DNA from: Parcubacteria bacterium DG_74_1
GTDB taxonomy: Bacteria > Patescibacteriota > Minisyncoccia > Minisyncoccales > DG-74-1
Assembly: GCA_001303125.1 (NCBI GenBank)
Contig: LJNE01000006.1
Location: forward strand, 9,169 to 73,168
Direction of reading: 5' to 3'
Length of the DNA: 64,000 nucleotides
Positions 8,597 to 19,097 of this stretch are shown here, piece by piece (position 1 is the stretch's first letter; each line of letters starts with the position of its first letter). The notes under the pieces are model-generated. The model was given only the letters and a program-made list of their open reading frames with translations, was not told the origin of the DNA and searched no databases. The position numbers and the translations under genes are program-made.

Positions 8597-10195
8597 TTAG
8601 ATTTTTGGGAATAAAGGTTTACTTTTTTTAAATTTTGTTCCCGGCTTTAAACCGCCCCATTTTGTCGTTTCATCGAATGTTTTTTCTTTTTCTTTCTCAG
8701 GGTCCAATCCTAACTGCTCAAAAATTTTATTAGCTGTTTCAGGTAAAAATGGTAAAAGTATCCAAGCGATATGCCTTATTCCTTCTAAGACATTATATAA
8801 GACTGCGTCTATCTTTTCTTTTTTATTTCCTAATTTTTCGGCTGGTTTATATAATTTATGATGTTCTATGTAACCATCGCAAATAAAAACACTTGTGATA
8901 ACAGAGAAAAGGCTATTATTGAATGAAAAATTTTCTGTAGAAGATATTGACTTAATGAGTTCTTCTTTAATACTTTCTTGGAAATTTCCAACCCAACCAC
9001 TAGTAACAAATTTCCCTAAAGAAAGAGTTTCTGGAGTATTCTGAGGAATTTTAGGGACAATACCTAGCCAGTATTTCTCTGCCATAGTAAGCGTTCTGGC
9101 AAGCAGATTGCCTATACCATTTGCTAAATCCGCATTATATCTTTGTTTAAATTTCTCATATGTAAAGTCTCCATCTTCTGTCGGCGGAATCTCCCGCAAG
9201 AGAAAATAGCGAACAGCGTCCGTGCCGTATTTTTTAACCAATTCAAAAGGGTCAATGACGTTCCCTAGTGATTTCGACATTTTTTGGCCGCCAGAAGTTA
9301 TAAAACCGTGAACTAAAATGTTCTTTGGTCTTTCTAGTCCTGCCGCAATAAGTATTGCTGGCCAAATTAAGGCATGGAATTTAAGTATATCTTTACCAAT
9401 ACATTGAACATCGGGGGGCCAATACTTATTTTTAACTCCGGAAATGAAAGAAAGTCCGCCTAACCCCGAAATATAGTTCACTAAAGCATCAACCCAGACA
9501 TATGTTGTAGACTTTATACCGCCAACTTTAGGAATATAGGAAAGAACGGGAATTCCCCACTGCACTTTTTTTCTTGGCCTTGAAAAGCTTATATCTTCTA
9601 TCCCTTGTTCGATAAAACTTAGAATCTCATTCTTTCTCGCTCCGGGCACAACCTTTATTTTGTTAGCTTCTATTTCTTCTTTCACCTGTTTTGCATATCT
9701 TGAAAGTCTAAAGAAATAATTCTTCTCCTCAATTAACTCTGGCCTTGTCTGATGGACTGGGCATTCCCCATTGGCTAAATCCTTTTCCCTTATGAAGGCT
9801 TCACAACCAAAGCAATAAAATCCTTTATATTTTTTTATATAAATATCTCCTCCTTCTTCTAACTTACTCCAAATTTTTTGGACGGTTGGCCAGTGACGTT
9901 TTTTATCAGTCGTCCTGATAAAACCATCGTTTGATAAATTAAGTACTTCGACAAGTTTTTTAAATCTGCTTGAAAGTACATCGACAAATTCTTGCGGACT
10001 CTTTTTTGCATCCTCGGCCGCTTTAACAACTTTTTGCCCATGTTCATCAGTACCTGTCAAAAAGAAAACATCTTCACCTAAAATGCGATGATAACGAGCT
10101 AAAATATCGGCCTGAACCAATTCTAAAGCAAACCCGATGTGGGGAGGAGCATTAGTATAAGCTATGCTGGTTGTAATATAGAATTTCTTTTTCAT
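8597..10195 (-). CDS. metG: Methionyl-tRNA synthetase
   Basis: 532 aa. YITTSIAYTNAPPHIGF (HIGH-type), CxxC knuckle (CFGCE..ECPVH) and KMSKSLGN. Confidence 0.95.
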   Translation of the reverse strand: MKKKFYITTSIAYTNAPPHIGFALELVQADILARYHRILGEDVFFLTGTDEHGQKVVKAAEDAKKSPQEFVDVLSSRFKKLVEVLNLSNDGFIRTTDKKRHWPTVQKIWSKLEEGGDIYIKKYKGFYCFGCEAFIREKDLANGECPVHQTRPELIEEKNYFFRLSRYAKQVKEEIEANKIKVVPGARKNEILSFIEQGIEDISFSRPRKKVQWGIPVLSYIPKVGGIKSTTYVWVDALVNYISGLGGLSFISGVKNKYWPPDVQCIGKDILKFHALIWPAILIAAGLERPKNILVHGFITSGGQKMSKSLGNVIDPFELVKKYGTDAVRYFLLREIPPTEDGDFTYEKFKQRYNADLANGIGNLLARTLTMAEKYWLGIVPKIPQNTPETLSLGKFVTSGWVGNFQESIKEELIKSISSTENFSFNNSLFSVITSVFICDGYIEHHKLYKPAEKLGNKKEKIDAVLYNVLEGIRHIAWILLPFLPETANKIFEQLGLDPEKEKEKTFDETTKWGGLKPGTKFKKSKPLFPKI

Positions 10196-10866
10196 CTTTT
10201 ATCAACAATTACAACAAACTCTCCTTTTATTATATCCTTTTCTATCTGCTTTATCACTTCTTTGATCTTTCCGCGGTAAATCGTTTCAAATTTTTTTGTT
10301 AATTCCCGACAAACCACAATTTTCAATTCTTCATTCATAATTCCCAATTCATTCAAGCTTTTAATTATACGATGGGGCGACTCATAAAAAACTACTAGAT
10401 ATTTTGCATTTATTATTTCTTCAAAAAATTTCTTTCGCTTTTTTTTAGCTGGTGGGAAACCCAAAAATAAAAATTTATCCATGGGAAAACCAGAAATACC
10501 AGCTATCGCACTAATTGCCGATGGACCAGGGATAGGTACAATTTTTACTGAACTACTTAATGACTCAATTACTTTTTTCACTAATTTTCCGCCTGGGTCA
10601 GAGATTCCCGGAGTTCCGGCGTCAGAAACCAAAGCTAAGTTTTTACCTTCTTTCAAAAAATTAATAACTCGTTCAATCTTTTGGAGCTTTGAGTGCTGAT
10701 GATAACTTAAGGTCGGAGTTTTTATCTGGTAATGGTCTAATAATTTCTTGGTTACCCTAGTATCTTCGCACAAAATTAAATCAACCTCCGCTAAGGCACG
10801 GAGGGCTCTTTTTGAAATATCCTCTAAATTCCCAATAGGAGTAGCAACAATATAAAGGGTGCCCAT
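10192..10866 (-). CDS. rsmI: 16S rRNA (cytidine1402-2'-O)-methyltransferase
   Basis: 224 aa. GTLYIVATPIGNLEDIS..LILCEDTR..VSDAGTPGISDPG is the tetrapyrrole-methylase-fold RsmI pattern. Confidence 0.9.
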   Translation of the reverse strand: MGTLYIVATPIGNLEDISKRALRALAEVDLILCEDTRVTKKLLDHYQIKTPTLSYHQHSKLQKIERVINFLKEGKNLALVSDAGTPGISDPGGKLVKKVIESLSSSVKIVPIPGPSAISAIAGISGFPMDKFLFLGFPPAKKKRKKFFEEIINAKYLVVFYESPHRIIKSLNELGIMNEELKIVVCRELTKKFETIYRGKIKEVIKQIEKDIIKGEFVVIVDKR

Positions 10867-10872
10867 CTTAAC

Positions 10873-11961
10873 CTACCAAATTATGCTTTTTTTATGGCCA
10901 GATGACGACGGCTGATGAGAAGGCGGAATTTCGCCTTCTTTTCTTTTTTTCAAGAAATCTCGAGTAAACTCAAAAACAATACCGGCCAAAGGAATAGCTA
11001 AAATTGCTCCTAAAATTCCCCATAATTTACCGCCAATCATCAAAGAAATTAAAACTAAGGCCGGAGGCAAATCGGTGAATCTCTTGGTCAAAATTGGTGT
11101 TAAAATATTACCTTCTATCTGTTGAATAATAATAAAAACAAGCAAAATCATGACGGCTATCCCGGGAGAATTTAGGGCAGCGATTAAGGCAATAACTATT
11201 CCAGCTACTATTGGCCCGATAATCGGGATAATATCGGCAACACCAGCGAACAAAGCAAGGATAAACGGATAATTTATATCGAAGAGCCAGAGAGCAATAT
11301 AAGACATAAGGCCAACAAAAAGACAGGCTAAAATCCGCGCCCCAAACCAGCCTGAAACCTTTAATTGACAAGATTTCCAAATATTTAAAGCTTCTTCTTC
11401 CTGCCTCTTGGAGAAGAGAATCCTAATTGCCCTTTCTATTCCTTTTTCTTCTAAAGAGAGAAAAATTGCCAAGGTAAAAATAGTAATTGTCGTAAAAATT
11501 CCGCCAAAAATGGAAACTGTGGCAGAAATAATGCTTTCCGAAGCCTGGAGTAACCATTCTCGAAAGCCCTGAGTTAAAACACTAAAACTATCAGAGACTT
11601 CAAACCCCAATTCTTCTAAAAAAGGGGAGAGTGCTGCAAAATATTGTGGGATGTTTTCAACAAAATCTTGAATTTGATCAATAAAAACCGGAGCAACCAA
11701 ATAAATTAAAATTCCAAAAAACCCGAAGATAAAAATAAAAATGAAAATGGTGGCTACTACCCGAGGGATCCTTCTTTTCTGCAAAAAATCAATTGCCGGA
11801 GTCAATAAGACCGAGATGATCAAAGCAAAAATAAACCAAATTAAAATATCTTTGATCAAATAAACGACGTAAAAGACAAATGAAGCAATGCCAATTTTAA
11901 AAAGCGTCCCCCAAGAAATATCTAGAATTTTTTCATTGTTCATAAAAAACTTAAGTCTCAA
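10873..11961 (-). CDS. AI-2E (PerM/YhhT) family transporter
   Basis: 362 aa with about 8 predicted TM helices. The C-terminal LWGILGAILAIPLAGIV motif is typical of the family. Confidence 0.7.
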   Translation of the reverse strand: MRLKFFMNNEKILDISWGTLFKIGIASFVFYVVYLIKDILIWFIFALIISVLLTPAIDFLQKRRIPRVVATIFIFIFIFGFFGILIYLVAPVFIDQIQDFVENIPQYFAALSPFLEELGFEVSDSFSVLTQGFREWLLQASESIISATVSIFGGIFTTITIFTLAIFLSLEEKGIERAIRILFSKRQEEEALNIWKSCQLKVSGWFGARILACLFVGLMSYIALWLFDINYPFILALFAGVADIIPIIGPIVAGIVIALIAALNSPGIAVMILLVFIIIQQIEGNILTPILTKRFTDLPPALVLISLMIGGKLWGILGAILAIPLAGIVFEFTRDFLKKRKEGEIPPSHQPSSSGHKKSIIW

Positions 11962-11969
11962 TTGTCAAT

Positions 11970-13235
11970 TTATAATTTCAATAATTGTTGGAGTCTCGCT
12001 TTGTCTTTAAATGGACCAATTAAAGCTAAATTTAGTTTTTCCGGTCGGAAAACGTCTTTGGCTATTTCTAGAATATCATTTTGGCTAACTTTATCAATTT
12101 TCTTATAAATTTCTTCGGGGGTTAAAATTCTATTTTCTAAAAGTTCTTGGCCGGCATAAAAGGCAGCCTGAGCATCTGAGGATTCTAGTTCTAGGGCGGT
12201 TTTTCCCTTTATATATTCTTTAGCTTTTTTAAGCTCTTTAGCGGGAATTCTTTTCCGAGAAATTTTCTTATATTCTCTCAAAATAATAGGTATCGCCTTT
12301 TCTACATTTTTATTATCTATTCCAGCTTGAGTAACTAAGTATCCAGTATCAGGATCCAGGTGGGTGTTAGTTTTTATATAATAAGCTATACCTAGTTTCT
12401 CTCTTATTTCTACAAACAACCTCGAACTCATCATTCCTCCCAAGATTACTCCCAAAACCTCCTGCACAAATCTTTTATGATGCAAAAGGTTATAAGCTCT
12501 AACCCCTAAAGTTAAATGGGTTTGGTCAGTTTTCTTAGGGTAAAGAAGAACCTGAGGTTTATTTTGTTTTTCAATTACTGGAAGTTTAGTTTTGGAACTA
12601 GCGGTGCGAATTTTTGAAAAATATTTTTTAACTTCTTTAATTATACCTACTTCTGAAAATTTTCCTGCCAGACAAATAACGGTATTAGTGGCTACATACT
12701 GCGATTTCATATAATTAAAAATTTGCTGTCGAGTAATACTGGCCACATTCTCTTTTGTTCCTATTATTTCCCAGCCAGCCGGCTGGTCTCCATAAAGTAG
12801 TTTTTTCCAAAGCTCTCCAACATAAAGCATGGGCATATCTAAATACATATTTATTTCTTCAATTATCACTCCTCTTTCTTTTTCTATTTCTTTGGGTGGT
12901 AACAGACTGCCCAAATAAATATCAGAAATCCAGTCCAAAGCTAAGTCTATGTGAGAAGATCTTACTTTAGCGAAATAGCCAGTGTATTCTTCGGAAGTAA
13001 AGGCATTATAAATCGCGCCAACCCTATCTAAAGGTTCAATCAACGCCAAGGGAGTTGGTCTTTTTTTAGTGCCTTTAAAATACATATGCTCTAGAAAATG
13101 GGAAATGCCGTTATTTTCCTTGGTTTCATATTTTGAGCCAGTCCCTACTAATATCAAGGCAGTCACCGCTCGGGCACTTTCCTGAGGAATAGTAATTAAT
13201 CTAAGGCCGTTTTGAAAAGTTGTTTTTTTAAACAT
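11970..13235 (-). CDS. M16 (pitrilysin/insulinase) family zinc peptidase
   Basis: 421 aa with the inverted zinc motif HFLEH (GISHFLEHMYFKGT) and a downstream E. Confidence 0.85.
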   Translation of the reverse strand: MFKKTTFQNGLRLITIPQESARAVTALILVGTGSKYETKENNGISHFLEHMYFKGTKKRPTPLALIEPLDRVGAIYNAFTSEEYTGYFAKVRSSHIDLALDWISDIYLGSLLPPKEIEKERGVIIEEINMYLDMPMLYVGELWKKLLYGDQPAGWEIIGTKENVASITRQQIFNYMKSQYVATNTVICLAGKFSEVGIIKEVKKYFSKIRTASSKTKLPVIEKQNKPQVLLYPKKTDQTHLTLGVRAYNLLHHKRFVQEVLGVILGGMMSSRLFVEIREKLGIAYYIKTNTHLDPDTGYLVTQAGIDNKNVEKAIPIILREYKKISRKRIPAKELKKAKEYIKGKTALELESSDAQAAFYAGQELLENRILTPEEIYKKIDKVSQNDILEIAKDVFRPEKLNLALIGPFKDKARLQQLLKL

Positions 13236-14211
13236 TTTTATTGTTATTCAACAAGAGTTTTTTCAATAATTTTACGCCGAAACTTAAAAAGACAAATAAC
13301 CCTAGAAATGCAAAGAATAACTCCGCCCCTCGGACAATCATCGTAAAGGCAGTTGCCGTTCCAGCACTCAATCCCAGTTTTCCGAAAACAAAGATTTGGA
13401 TTATTTCAAGACTTCCGAGGGCCGCGGGAATCGGAAAAAATTGAGTTAATGTTGAAAAACTGAAAATAGAAAAGGCGGAAAAAAAGCCTAAAGACTTTCC
13501 CAAAAAAACAATTGCGAAAAAGGTTCGTAAAAGCGAAACAATGTCTTTTAAAAAGGCTACAATTAAGCCTTTCCAAAAAAACATTTTTCTCACGTTGAAA
13601 AAATTAAAAATTTCTTCTTCAACATTCAAAATAATGTTTCTTTCGCTCCTTTTTATAAAAAACTTGACTAAGCTTTCTTTCTTAAAGCTTTTAAAATAAA
13701 AAAGTGATATAGGTATTAGCGCTAGTAGAAAGCCCCCTCCCAGAATTATGGCTAAGTTACGAGGAGGCATTCCGATCTTCAAAAGAAAATAGACAATACC
13801 CAAAAAAGCCATTATTACGTGGGCTGTAATTTCCAAAATCCTATCAATAAAAGCCGAGGAAATGGCTATATTGCCAGGAAAATTTGTCTTTTCTTTTAAG
13901 ATGTATCCTCTGACAATTTCGCTACCAAAGGGAACCGTGGGCATCAAATAATTGACCGAGTGTGCGACTAAAAAAGGTTTGATAAGGGCGGCAATTGAAA
14001 TTTGACACCCCTGACTTTCAATAATCTGCTGCCATCTCAATATCGCCACCAACATCATCAAAAAAGTTAATCCTAAAATAGCTAATCCGTTAACTCCCGT
14101 AAACGACTGAAAAGCTAATATAAAATTATTCCATCCTATAAATCTTACAACGAAGATAAAAAGAACAATCCCAAGAGATAAAGAAGCCAAAAGAAATAAA
14201 ATTCTTTTCAT
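13228..14211 (-). CDS. Polytopic membrane protein, flippase-like (LPG-synthase TM / UPF0104-like)
   Basis: 327 aa with about 8 TM helices. The family call is from the general pattern only. Confidence 0.45.
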   Translation of the reverse strand: MKRILFLLASLSLGIVLFIFVVRFIGWNNFILAFQSFTGVNGLAILGLTFLMMLVAILRWQQIIESQGCQISIAALIKPFLVAHSVNYLMPTVPFGSEIVRGYILKEKTNFPGNIAISSAFIDRILEITAHVIMAFLGIVYFLLKIGMPPRNLAIILGGGFLLALIPISLFYFKSFKKESLVKFFIKRSERNIILNVEEEIFNFFNVRKMFFWKGLIVAFLKDIVSLLRTFFAIVFLGKSLGFFSAFSIFSFSTLTQFFPIPAALGSLEIIQIFVFGKLGLSAGTATAFTMIVRGAELFFAFLGLFVFLSFGVKLLKKLLLNNNKNV

Positions 14212-14212
14212 T

Positions 14213-14872
14213 TTAATTATTGTTTTTTCTTCCTAAAACTCCGAAGAGAGCTCCAAATACGGTTTCCCCTTCGTTAATAATTTCCAAACCGCTCTCTTTA
14301 AAAATAAGACGCAGTTCATCTTTGGTAAATGGCTGCTCCTTTATGCCTAAAATTTTATTTATTCTTTCAATCGGTTTGAAGGCTTTTGAAAAAACCGGGA
14401 CCCAGATCATAACTAACCCGCCGTCCCGAATAAAATCAGTGTGTCTTTTCACTGTCAAAAAACGTTCCTCTCCTTTAAAATGCTCTATCAAGCCCGTACT
14501 GTGAACAAGGTCATATTCTTTCCCCAATGAAATCTCAAAAATATCTCTATTGATTTTATTCACCGGACAGGGAAAATAATTTACTTTAACCCTTGCTAAA
14601 GCTTTTTCACTGAAATCAACCAGAGTAACCTCTTTTACGGAGTGAGTTTTTGCTAAATAAAGACTGTTATTCCCCGTCCCACTACCAAGCTCAATAATAT
14701 CTTTATCTCTAAGGGATATATTTTTTAAAAGCTTATCAATCGCATTAAAATAAATCCTGTGGCGGACAAAGTTCTCAAAATGCCAAGCAGCAGGAAGTTG
14801 GGGATAAAAATTCGTTATTTTATTTGTCCAAAGACGATTCCAATGATAACTTGAGTTTTCTAATTTTTCCAT
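14213..14872 (-). CDS. Class I SAM-dependent methyltransferase
   Basis: 219 aa with motif I IIELGSGTGNN and an acidic loop VDFS. Confidence 0.75.
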   Translation of the reverse strand: MEKLENSSYHWNRLWTNKITNFYPQLPAAWHFENFVRHRIYFNAIDKLLKNISLRDKDIIELGSGTGNNSLYLAKTHSVKEVTLVDFSEKALARVKVNYFPCPVNKINRDIFEISLGKEYDLVHSTGLIEHFKGEERFLTVKRHTDFIRDGGLVMIWVPVFSKAFKPIERINKILGIKEQPFTKDELRLIFKESGLEIINEGETVFGALFGVLGRKNNN

Positions 14873-15100
14873 GAATCAATAAAAAATTTTTTCTTCTTAT
14901 TTCTTTTACTCCCTTTCGCCAAGCACCTGGAAATTTCAAAAGGGATAATCGAAAAATTCTTCTCTTCTTACCGGACCGCCAATTAAGGCGTGAAGACAAT
15001 ATCTTATTTCAAAAAACTAAACTTTTTTTAAAAGCTATTTCACCATTTTTCAACATAGCAATTATCTATCATGAAAGGCGGCATTGTTAATTATAATATA

Positions 15101-16426
15101 TTATCTTATTTTTTTATTTAAAAATTCGCTTAATTTATTAATCTTTATTCTCTCTTGCTGCATTGTGTCGCGGTCGCGGACAGTGACATCCTCTTGTTTT
15201 AAAGTTTCGAAATCAATAGTAACAGCAAACAAGGTGCCAATTTCATCCTGGCGGCGGTAACGTCTTCCGATTGAACCCACTTCATCATACCGGACCATGA
15301 AATGAGCTCTTAAGATTTCAAAAACTTCTCTAGCTTTCTTAAGTAATTCTGGTTTGTTTTTGACCAAAGGCAAAACTGCCACCTTAATCGGCGCTATTTT
15401 TTTATTTAACTTTAAAACTACTTCAATCTCCTTTGCGGCTTTAGTAGTTTTGGTCCTGCCGCCTTTAATTTCCGTATAGGCATCACATAGAATTGCCAAA
15501 AGAGCTCTTTCTAGCCCCATCGTTGGTTCGATAACATAAGGATAATATTTCTTTTTTATCTCTTCATCAAAATATGCCAAATCTTCGCCAGAAAACTGAC
15601 TGTGCCTTTTTAAATCGTAATCTGTGCGATTAGCTACACCGGCTAATTCTGCCCAGCCAAAGGGAAATTTATATTCAATATCAACCGTCCTTTTGGAATA
15701 ATGAGATAAAGATTTTTTAGAATGCTCGTGACGCCTGAGGTTTTCTTTCTTCAGCCCCAGGCCTAGAAAGAATCTCTCCCAGTTATCTAACCAGACTTCA
15801 AATTGCTTCTCGTCCTTCCCCGGTTCAACAAAATATTCAATTTCGGCAATATCAAACTCTCGGGAACGAAAAGTAAAGTTGCCTGTAGTAATTTCATTTC
15901 TAAAACAACGGCCCATTTGAGCAATACCAAAAGGTATTTTCAAACGCTGAGATTCTTGAACTAGCTTAAAATCAGTAAACATAGATTGAGCAGTTTCTGG
16001 CCTGAGATAAGTTACATGCGCCTTGTCTTCCACTGGTCCCAAAAAAGTTTTGAAAAGTAAATTAAATTGTCTGGTAGGAGTAAGTTCTTCATTTCCACAC
16101 TGAGGGCACTTCTTTTTTGCTAACTCGTCTCCTCTGAAACGGGAGTGACATTTCTTACACTCAATTAAGGGATCAGTAAAACTTTCAAGGTGGCCTGAAG
16201 CTTTCCAAGTCTTGGGATGCATAAGAACTGTACCGTCTATCAAGACTACGTCCTCTCGGCCTTGAACAAATTTTTTAAGCCAGAGGTTCCTGATATTATT
16301 TTTTAAAAGAGCGCCTAGGGGCCCATAATCCCAGAGAGACTCTACGCCACCGTAAATTTCCGAAGATTGGTAAATAAAACCTCGGCGCTTGCATAAAGAG
16401 ACAATTTTTTCCATTAAATCAGCCAT
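15101..16426 (-). CDS. glyQS: Glycyl-tRNA synthetase (dimeric class II type)
   Basis: 441 aa. RRGFIYQSSEIYGG, YLRPETAQ, GRCFRNE and the C-terminal anticodon-binding domain. Confidence 0.95.
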   Translation of the reverse strand: MADLMEKIVSLCKRRGFIYQSSEIYGGVESLWDYGPLGALLKNNIRNLWLKKFVQGREDVVLIDGTVLMHPKTWKASGHLESFTDPLIECKKCHSRFRGDELAKKKCPQCGNEELTPTRQFNLLFKTFLGPVEDKAHVTYLRPETAQSMFTDFKLVQESQRLKIPFGIAQMGRCFRNEITTGNFTFRSREFDIAEIEYFVEPGKDEKQFEVWLDNWERFFLGLGLKKENLRRHEHSKKSLSHYSKRTVDIEYKFPFGWAELAGVANRTDYDLKRHSQFSGEDLAYFDEEIKKKYYPYVIEPTMGLERALLAILCDAYTEIKGGRTKTTKAAKEIEVVLKLNKKIAPIKVAVLPLVKNKPELLKKAREVFEILRAHFMVRYDEVGSIGRRYRRQDEIGTLFAVTIDFETLKQEDVTVRDRDTMQQERIKINKLSEFLNKKIR

Positions 16427-16427
16427 A

Positions 16428-18080
16428 TCATTGGACTTTGCCCATTTCTTCGGTTATGGTCTCATCATCTGGTAGAGTAGTATCAATGGCCGGAGAAGTG
16501 CCTTCTAGAATTCGGTCGGTCCAACTATCTTCGCCAGTTATCGTAGCCGCATTAATAATTTCTGGAGTTTGACCTCGTTGAAATTCATTAGGCGTAAAAG
16601 AAACTTGAAAGGCAATATTTTTAACCGGCGTAAAAACGCCACTTCCTCTCTCTAGGTCGCCGACCGACCAGATAATTTCTCTTGATTGCGAATCAAAGGA
16701 AAATTTTGTGGTTTCATCTTCGGGAAAGATTTTTCCGGTTAATTCAACACTCGGAGGCAAAAGAGCCTTCACCCTGATATCTTTCACCAGAGAATAGTAA
16801 TTTTTTACTTGCCAAATAATAGTATAACTTGTTGCCCCTCCTACTCGTGGCGGAATCGGCCCTCCATTCCCGAAAACCTCATCCCGGAAAAATCCTTTCT
16901 GAACTATCTCTATCTTTGAACTAATCTTAGTGATAAATTCTTCTTTCACATCATTGACAGAAATCTTGTTTATTAGAATAGGCTTTTCGGCCAAACCTAA
17001 GTCATCTTTTACCTTTATCCAAAAATCAACTTTTCTTTCCTCCATCGGTAGTAAATATTGAAGTTGAGAAATTTTATGCCAATCAAAAACTACCGAGTTC
17101 GAACCAGGTTCAGTTTGTCCAAAATCGGACCTAATAGTTCCTGAATCAAAGGCTTCTCCTTCTAGTTCACTAACTATAAATAGATTATTCAAAACATCTT
17201 CATCAATATTCTTAAAATAAATTTCGTAATGCAGCCAATCACCAGGCCGAGCCACATATTGGGGATTCCTGTTAATTTCTTGCCTAATATAAATTAATGG
17301 TTTTATAATCTCTAATCCTTTTTCTACTTCTTTTAACAAAATAAACTCTCCTTCTTTAAAAACGCCCAATTTTGCTACAAAGATTCTCGCCTCGCTGATT
17401 TGGCCAGAAACTTTACCGGTAATTTCAATTCTTCCCCCTTCGTTTTTATTCAAAAGCGAGACAAGCCATTCATTTTTCTCTAAAGAACTAGGGGTAGATT
17501 CAAGAAATTCAAATCCGGAAGGATATTCAGTCTGTACTCTTAAATCAGTCAATGGATAATCAACGTTAGAGAAATAATTTATTCTAAAGTTAAAACTTTT
17601 TACTGATTCAACCTTTGATGGCAGATCAAGTTCAAAGGTGATAGGAGCCGATTTAATGACGTTGGTGAAAGTAGTTTCCGATTCATATCGAGGTTTTAAA
17701 TTTTTAGGCCGATAACTTAAAGTGGCCTTGGCTGTTATATTTTCTCCTTCCTGGCCTAATAATCTGGCTTTGAAAGAAATAGTTCCTTCCATCTTGGGAT
17801 AAATATCATCTAAAATTATCTCCTGCCGCAAGGGTTTATCGTCGGGAACAAGAGCCTGTTTTGGATATTCAAAAATTAAGCGCGGCTCTTCAAGAGGAAC
17901 CGCTCCGTTATTCTTATATTTAACGGTATATTCAACTTCCTCTGCAAGACCTACTTCTCTTTTGCTCAAAATCTCCAAATTTAAATTTCCTTTAGAAAAA
18001 ACCTGTCTCTGCCATAAATAACCGATGAGGCCTATCAGAGAAGCTAAAATTATAAATACTAAAATCAGCCTATTACGCAT
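16428..18080 (-). CDS. N-terminally anchored surface protein with about four DUF11/CARDB-like beta-sandwich repeats
   Basis: 550 aa with one N-terminal TM helix. A recurring pattern (x-Y-x-I/V-x-Y/F-x-N followed by hydrophobic-N/D-L/I) appears around aa 45, 160, 290 and 420. Confidence 0.5.
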   Translation of the reverse strand: MRNRLILVFIILASLIGLIGYLWQRQVFSKGNLNLEILSKREVGLAEEVEYTVKYKNNGAVPLEEPRLIFEYPKQALVPDDKPLRQEIILDDIYPKMEGTISFKARLLGQEGENITAKATLSYRPKNLKPRYESETTFTNVIKSAPITFELDLPSKVESVKSFNFRINYFSNVDYPLTDLRVQTEYPSGFEFLESTPSSLEKNEWLVSLLNKNEGGRIEITGKVSGQISEARIFVAKLGVFKEGEFILLKEVEKGLEIIKPLIYIRQEINRNPQYVARPGDWLHYEIYFKNIDEDVLNNLFIVSELEGEAFDSGTIRSDFGQTEPGSNSVVFDWHKISQLQYLLPMEERKVDFWIKVKDDLGLAEKPILINKISVNDVKEEFITKISSKIEIVQKGFFRDEVFGNGGPIPPRVGGATSYTIIWQVKNYYSLVKDIRVKALLPPSVELTGKIFPEDETTKFSFDSQSREIIWSVGDLERGSGVFTPVKNIAFQVSFTPNEFQRGQTPEIINAATITGEDSWTDRILEGTSPAIDTTLPDDETITEEMGKVQ

Positions 18081-18703
18081 ACTTCTTTATTATACCACCG
18101 AGAGATATTTTTTAATAGTCTTAAATGGTCGGGTGTAATTTTCAATCTCGATAAGACGTGCCAATCTTTTTTTATAATAATTTTTAAAATTTTAGCAAGA
18201 TCGGGATCAATTTTTTTCCCGCAGATGTAATCAGCGCGCAGTTCCGGCTGATAGCCAAGGAGAGAAATAAGATTCCAGAAAAAATAATAGTACAAGAGCT
18301 CTAGTCTTACTCCGGTAATTTCTATCTTATTTAGTTTTTTAAAGATTTCCTCTAATAAATACCAAATTTTTTCGTCGGGCTCTTGATCTTTCACCAAATC
18401 ATCTAAAATCCCGGAAACTTTATAAGCAATTCTTAGTCTTTTTAAATCAGCTTTAATATTCGCGAATCTCTCAACTAAAATGGTGTCAGTCAAAGTTTTA
18501 TAATTTTTTCCCTGAATAAATTCAATTTCCGATAGATAAAAAATCTCAGCTCCTGACCTTAACTTTGAAGAAATTTTTCTAATTGCCTTTCCCAAAATTT
18601 CTAATTTTCCGAAATCCTTCGTGTAAATAGTAAATAATAAGTCCGCATCGCCACGATCCTCTTTTTTAAAGATAAAAGCCAAGGTCCGGTAATGAACGAA
18701 CAT
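18065..18703 (-). CDS. recO: DNA repair protein RecO
   Basis: 212 aa. The N-terminal OB fold (ALIFKKEDRGDADLLFTIYTKDFGKLEILGKAIRK) and helical C-terminal half match the RecO layout. Confidence 0.75.
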   Translation of the reverse strand: MFVHYRTLAFIFKKEDRGDADLLFTIYTKDFGKLEILGKAIRKISSKLRSGAEIFYLSEIEFIQGKNYKTLTDTILVERFANIKADLKRLRIAYKVSGILDDLVKDQEPDEKIWYLLEEIFKKLNKIEITGVRLELLYYYFFWNLISLLGYQPELRADYICGKKIDPDLAKILKIIIKKDWHVLSRLKITPDHLRLLKNISRWYNKEVCVIG

Positions 18704-18710
18704 TTATAAT

Positions 18711-19094
18711 TTATTTTTTAAAAAACCCTCTGTATATTTTTTTTACCTTCTCTCTATCGTTTAAGCTAAGGTTAAGGTCTCCAAATGCTCCGTATTTACC
18801 TTTGTCTAACTCGTGCTCTATATTTTCAGGTTCTCTTTTGGCTTTTTCAAAAAGCGTACCAACCAATTTCGGATCTGATATATGATGACCCAGTCTCAGT
18901 CTTTCGTCTCTCAATAAACCAGTAACCTTGAAAGCTTCATTACTTTCTAACCACCTGTCAAATTCTTTTGTAGAAAAGTGCGATCTTCCTTTATATGGCC
19001 CTGTATCTTTGGGCGGTTCTTTTCGGAGGGGCTTATCAAATTTTTCTTTAGCCTGTCCCTGTCTCAGCTCTTGTTTTTTTTCGATTAAAGCCAT
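18711..19094 (-). CDS. Hypothetical protein
   Basis: 127 aa, charged/basic, no motif recognised. It is packed tightly between recO and ileS. Confidence 0.5.
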   Translation of the reverse strand: MALIEKKQELRQGQAKEKFDKPLRKEPPKDTGPYKGRSHFSTKEFDRWLESNEAFKVTGLLRDERLRLGHHISDPKLVGTLFEKAKREPENIEHELDKGKYGAFGDLNLSLNDREKVKKIYRGFFKK

Positions 19095-19097
19095 ATT

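Noticed and set aside
9859-10047. Same-strand alternative-frame ORFs inside metG (9859-10047) and inside the AI-2E transporter gene (11108-11380).
   Set aside because: They are embedded out of frame in long, motif-supported genes. The translations are basic or low-complexity, and there is no independent start context.
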